From assembly GCA_031385045.1 (NCBI GenBank), contig JANNBC010000009.1, forward strand, positions 38,427 to 102,426: a stretch of 64,000 bases of DNA. Reading direction: 5' to 3'. Shown here piece by piece: positions 63,907 to 64,000 of this stretch. The stretch is from a bacterium. Its GTDB lineage: Bacteria; Bdellovibrionota_C; UBA2361; CALJRW01. The notes under the pieces are model-generated. The model saw only the letters and a program-made list of their open reading frames with translations, ran no database searches and had not been told where the DNA came from. How positions within the stretch are numbered: position 1 is the stretch's first letter; each line of letters starts with the position of its first letter. The translations under genes and the position numbers were made by a program.

Positions 63907-64000
63907 GTTTACCAATTTTGGTAAGCTTAATTTAATAGGAGAAAACGATGAGAAAAAAGCTAAGCCAGGAGATAAAAGACGAGGCGATACGACTAGTTGA
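63861..64000 (+). mobile_element. Left end of an IS3-family insertion sequence
   Basis: TGATCTTCGCCATTATTCTGGACAG resembles the IS3 terminal repeat (TG...GGACA); followed by an RBS and an OrfA-like ORF. Confidence 0.8.
63948..64000 (+). CDS. IS3-family transposase OrfA N-terminus (runs off the window)
   Basis: AGGAG RBS; MRKKLSQEIKDEAIRLV resembles the HTH_Tnp_1 start pattern. Confidence 0.75.
   Translation, partial: MRKKLSQEIKDEAIRLV

Overview
AT-rich (mid-30s % GC by eye) chromosomal segment of a Gram-negative bacterium. lpxD, heptose enzymes, carD, DUF1844 and myxobacterial-type Cys-rich repeats suggest a deltaproteobacterial-grade (Bdellovibrionota/Myxococcota-like) lineage; this is inference. 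Most of the window is housekeeping: tyrS, pnp, rpsO, argF, gltX, ligA, rsmA, tsaD, rplT/rpmI/tRNA-Val, murBC, xth, lpxD, coaX, birA, dnaE, menA. Three accessory regions stand out. (1) A surface-glycan cluster (18.7-26.1 kb) interrupted by an orphan HerA-type ATPase. (2) Three secreted proteins (33.4-39.7 kb), including a 1054-aa protein with about 20 CGDG disulfide repeats that ends in a hedgehog-like, probably cleavage-only Hint domain. (3) A layered, partly decayed defence island (56.7-62.3 kb) at the 3' end of an Fe-S oxidoreductase gene whose terminus is duplicated. It carries higA, a frameshifted higB, abiEi/abiEii, a membrane protein, a frameshifted hsdR remnant and an intact tcmP-DUF5131 pair. 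An IS3-family element begins at 63861 and truncates a GT-C-type membrane gene at the right edge. All family assignments come from motif recognition by eye; no searches were run.
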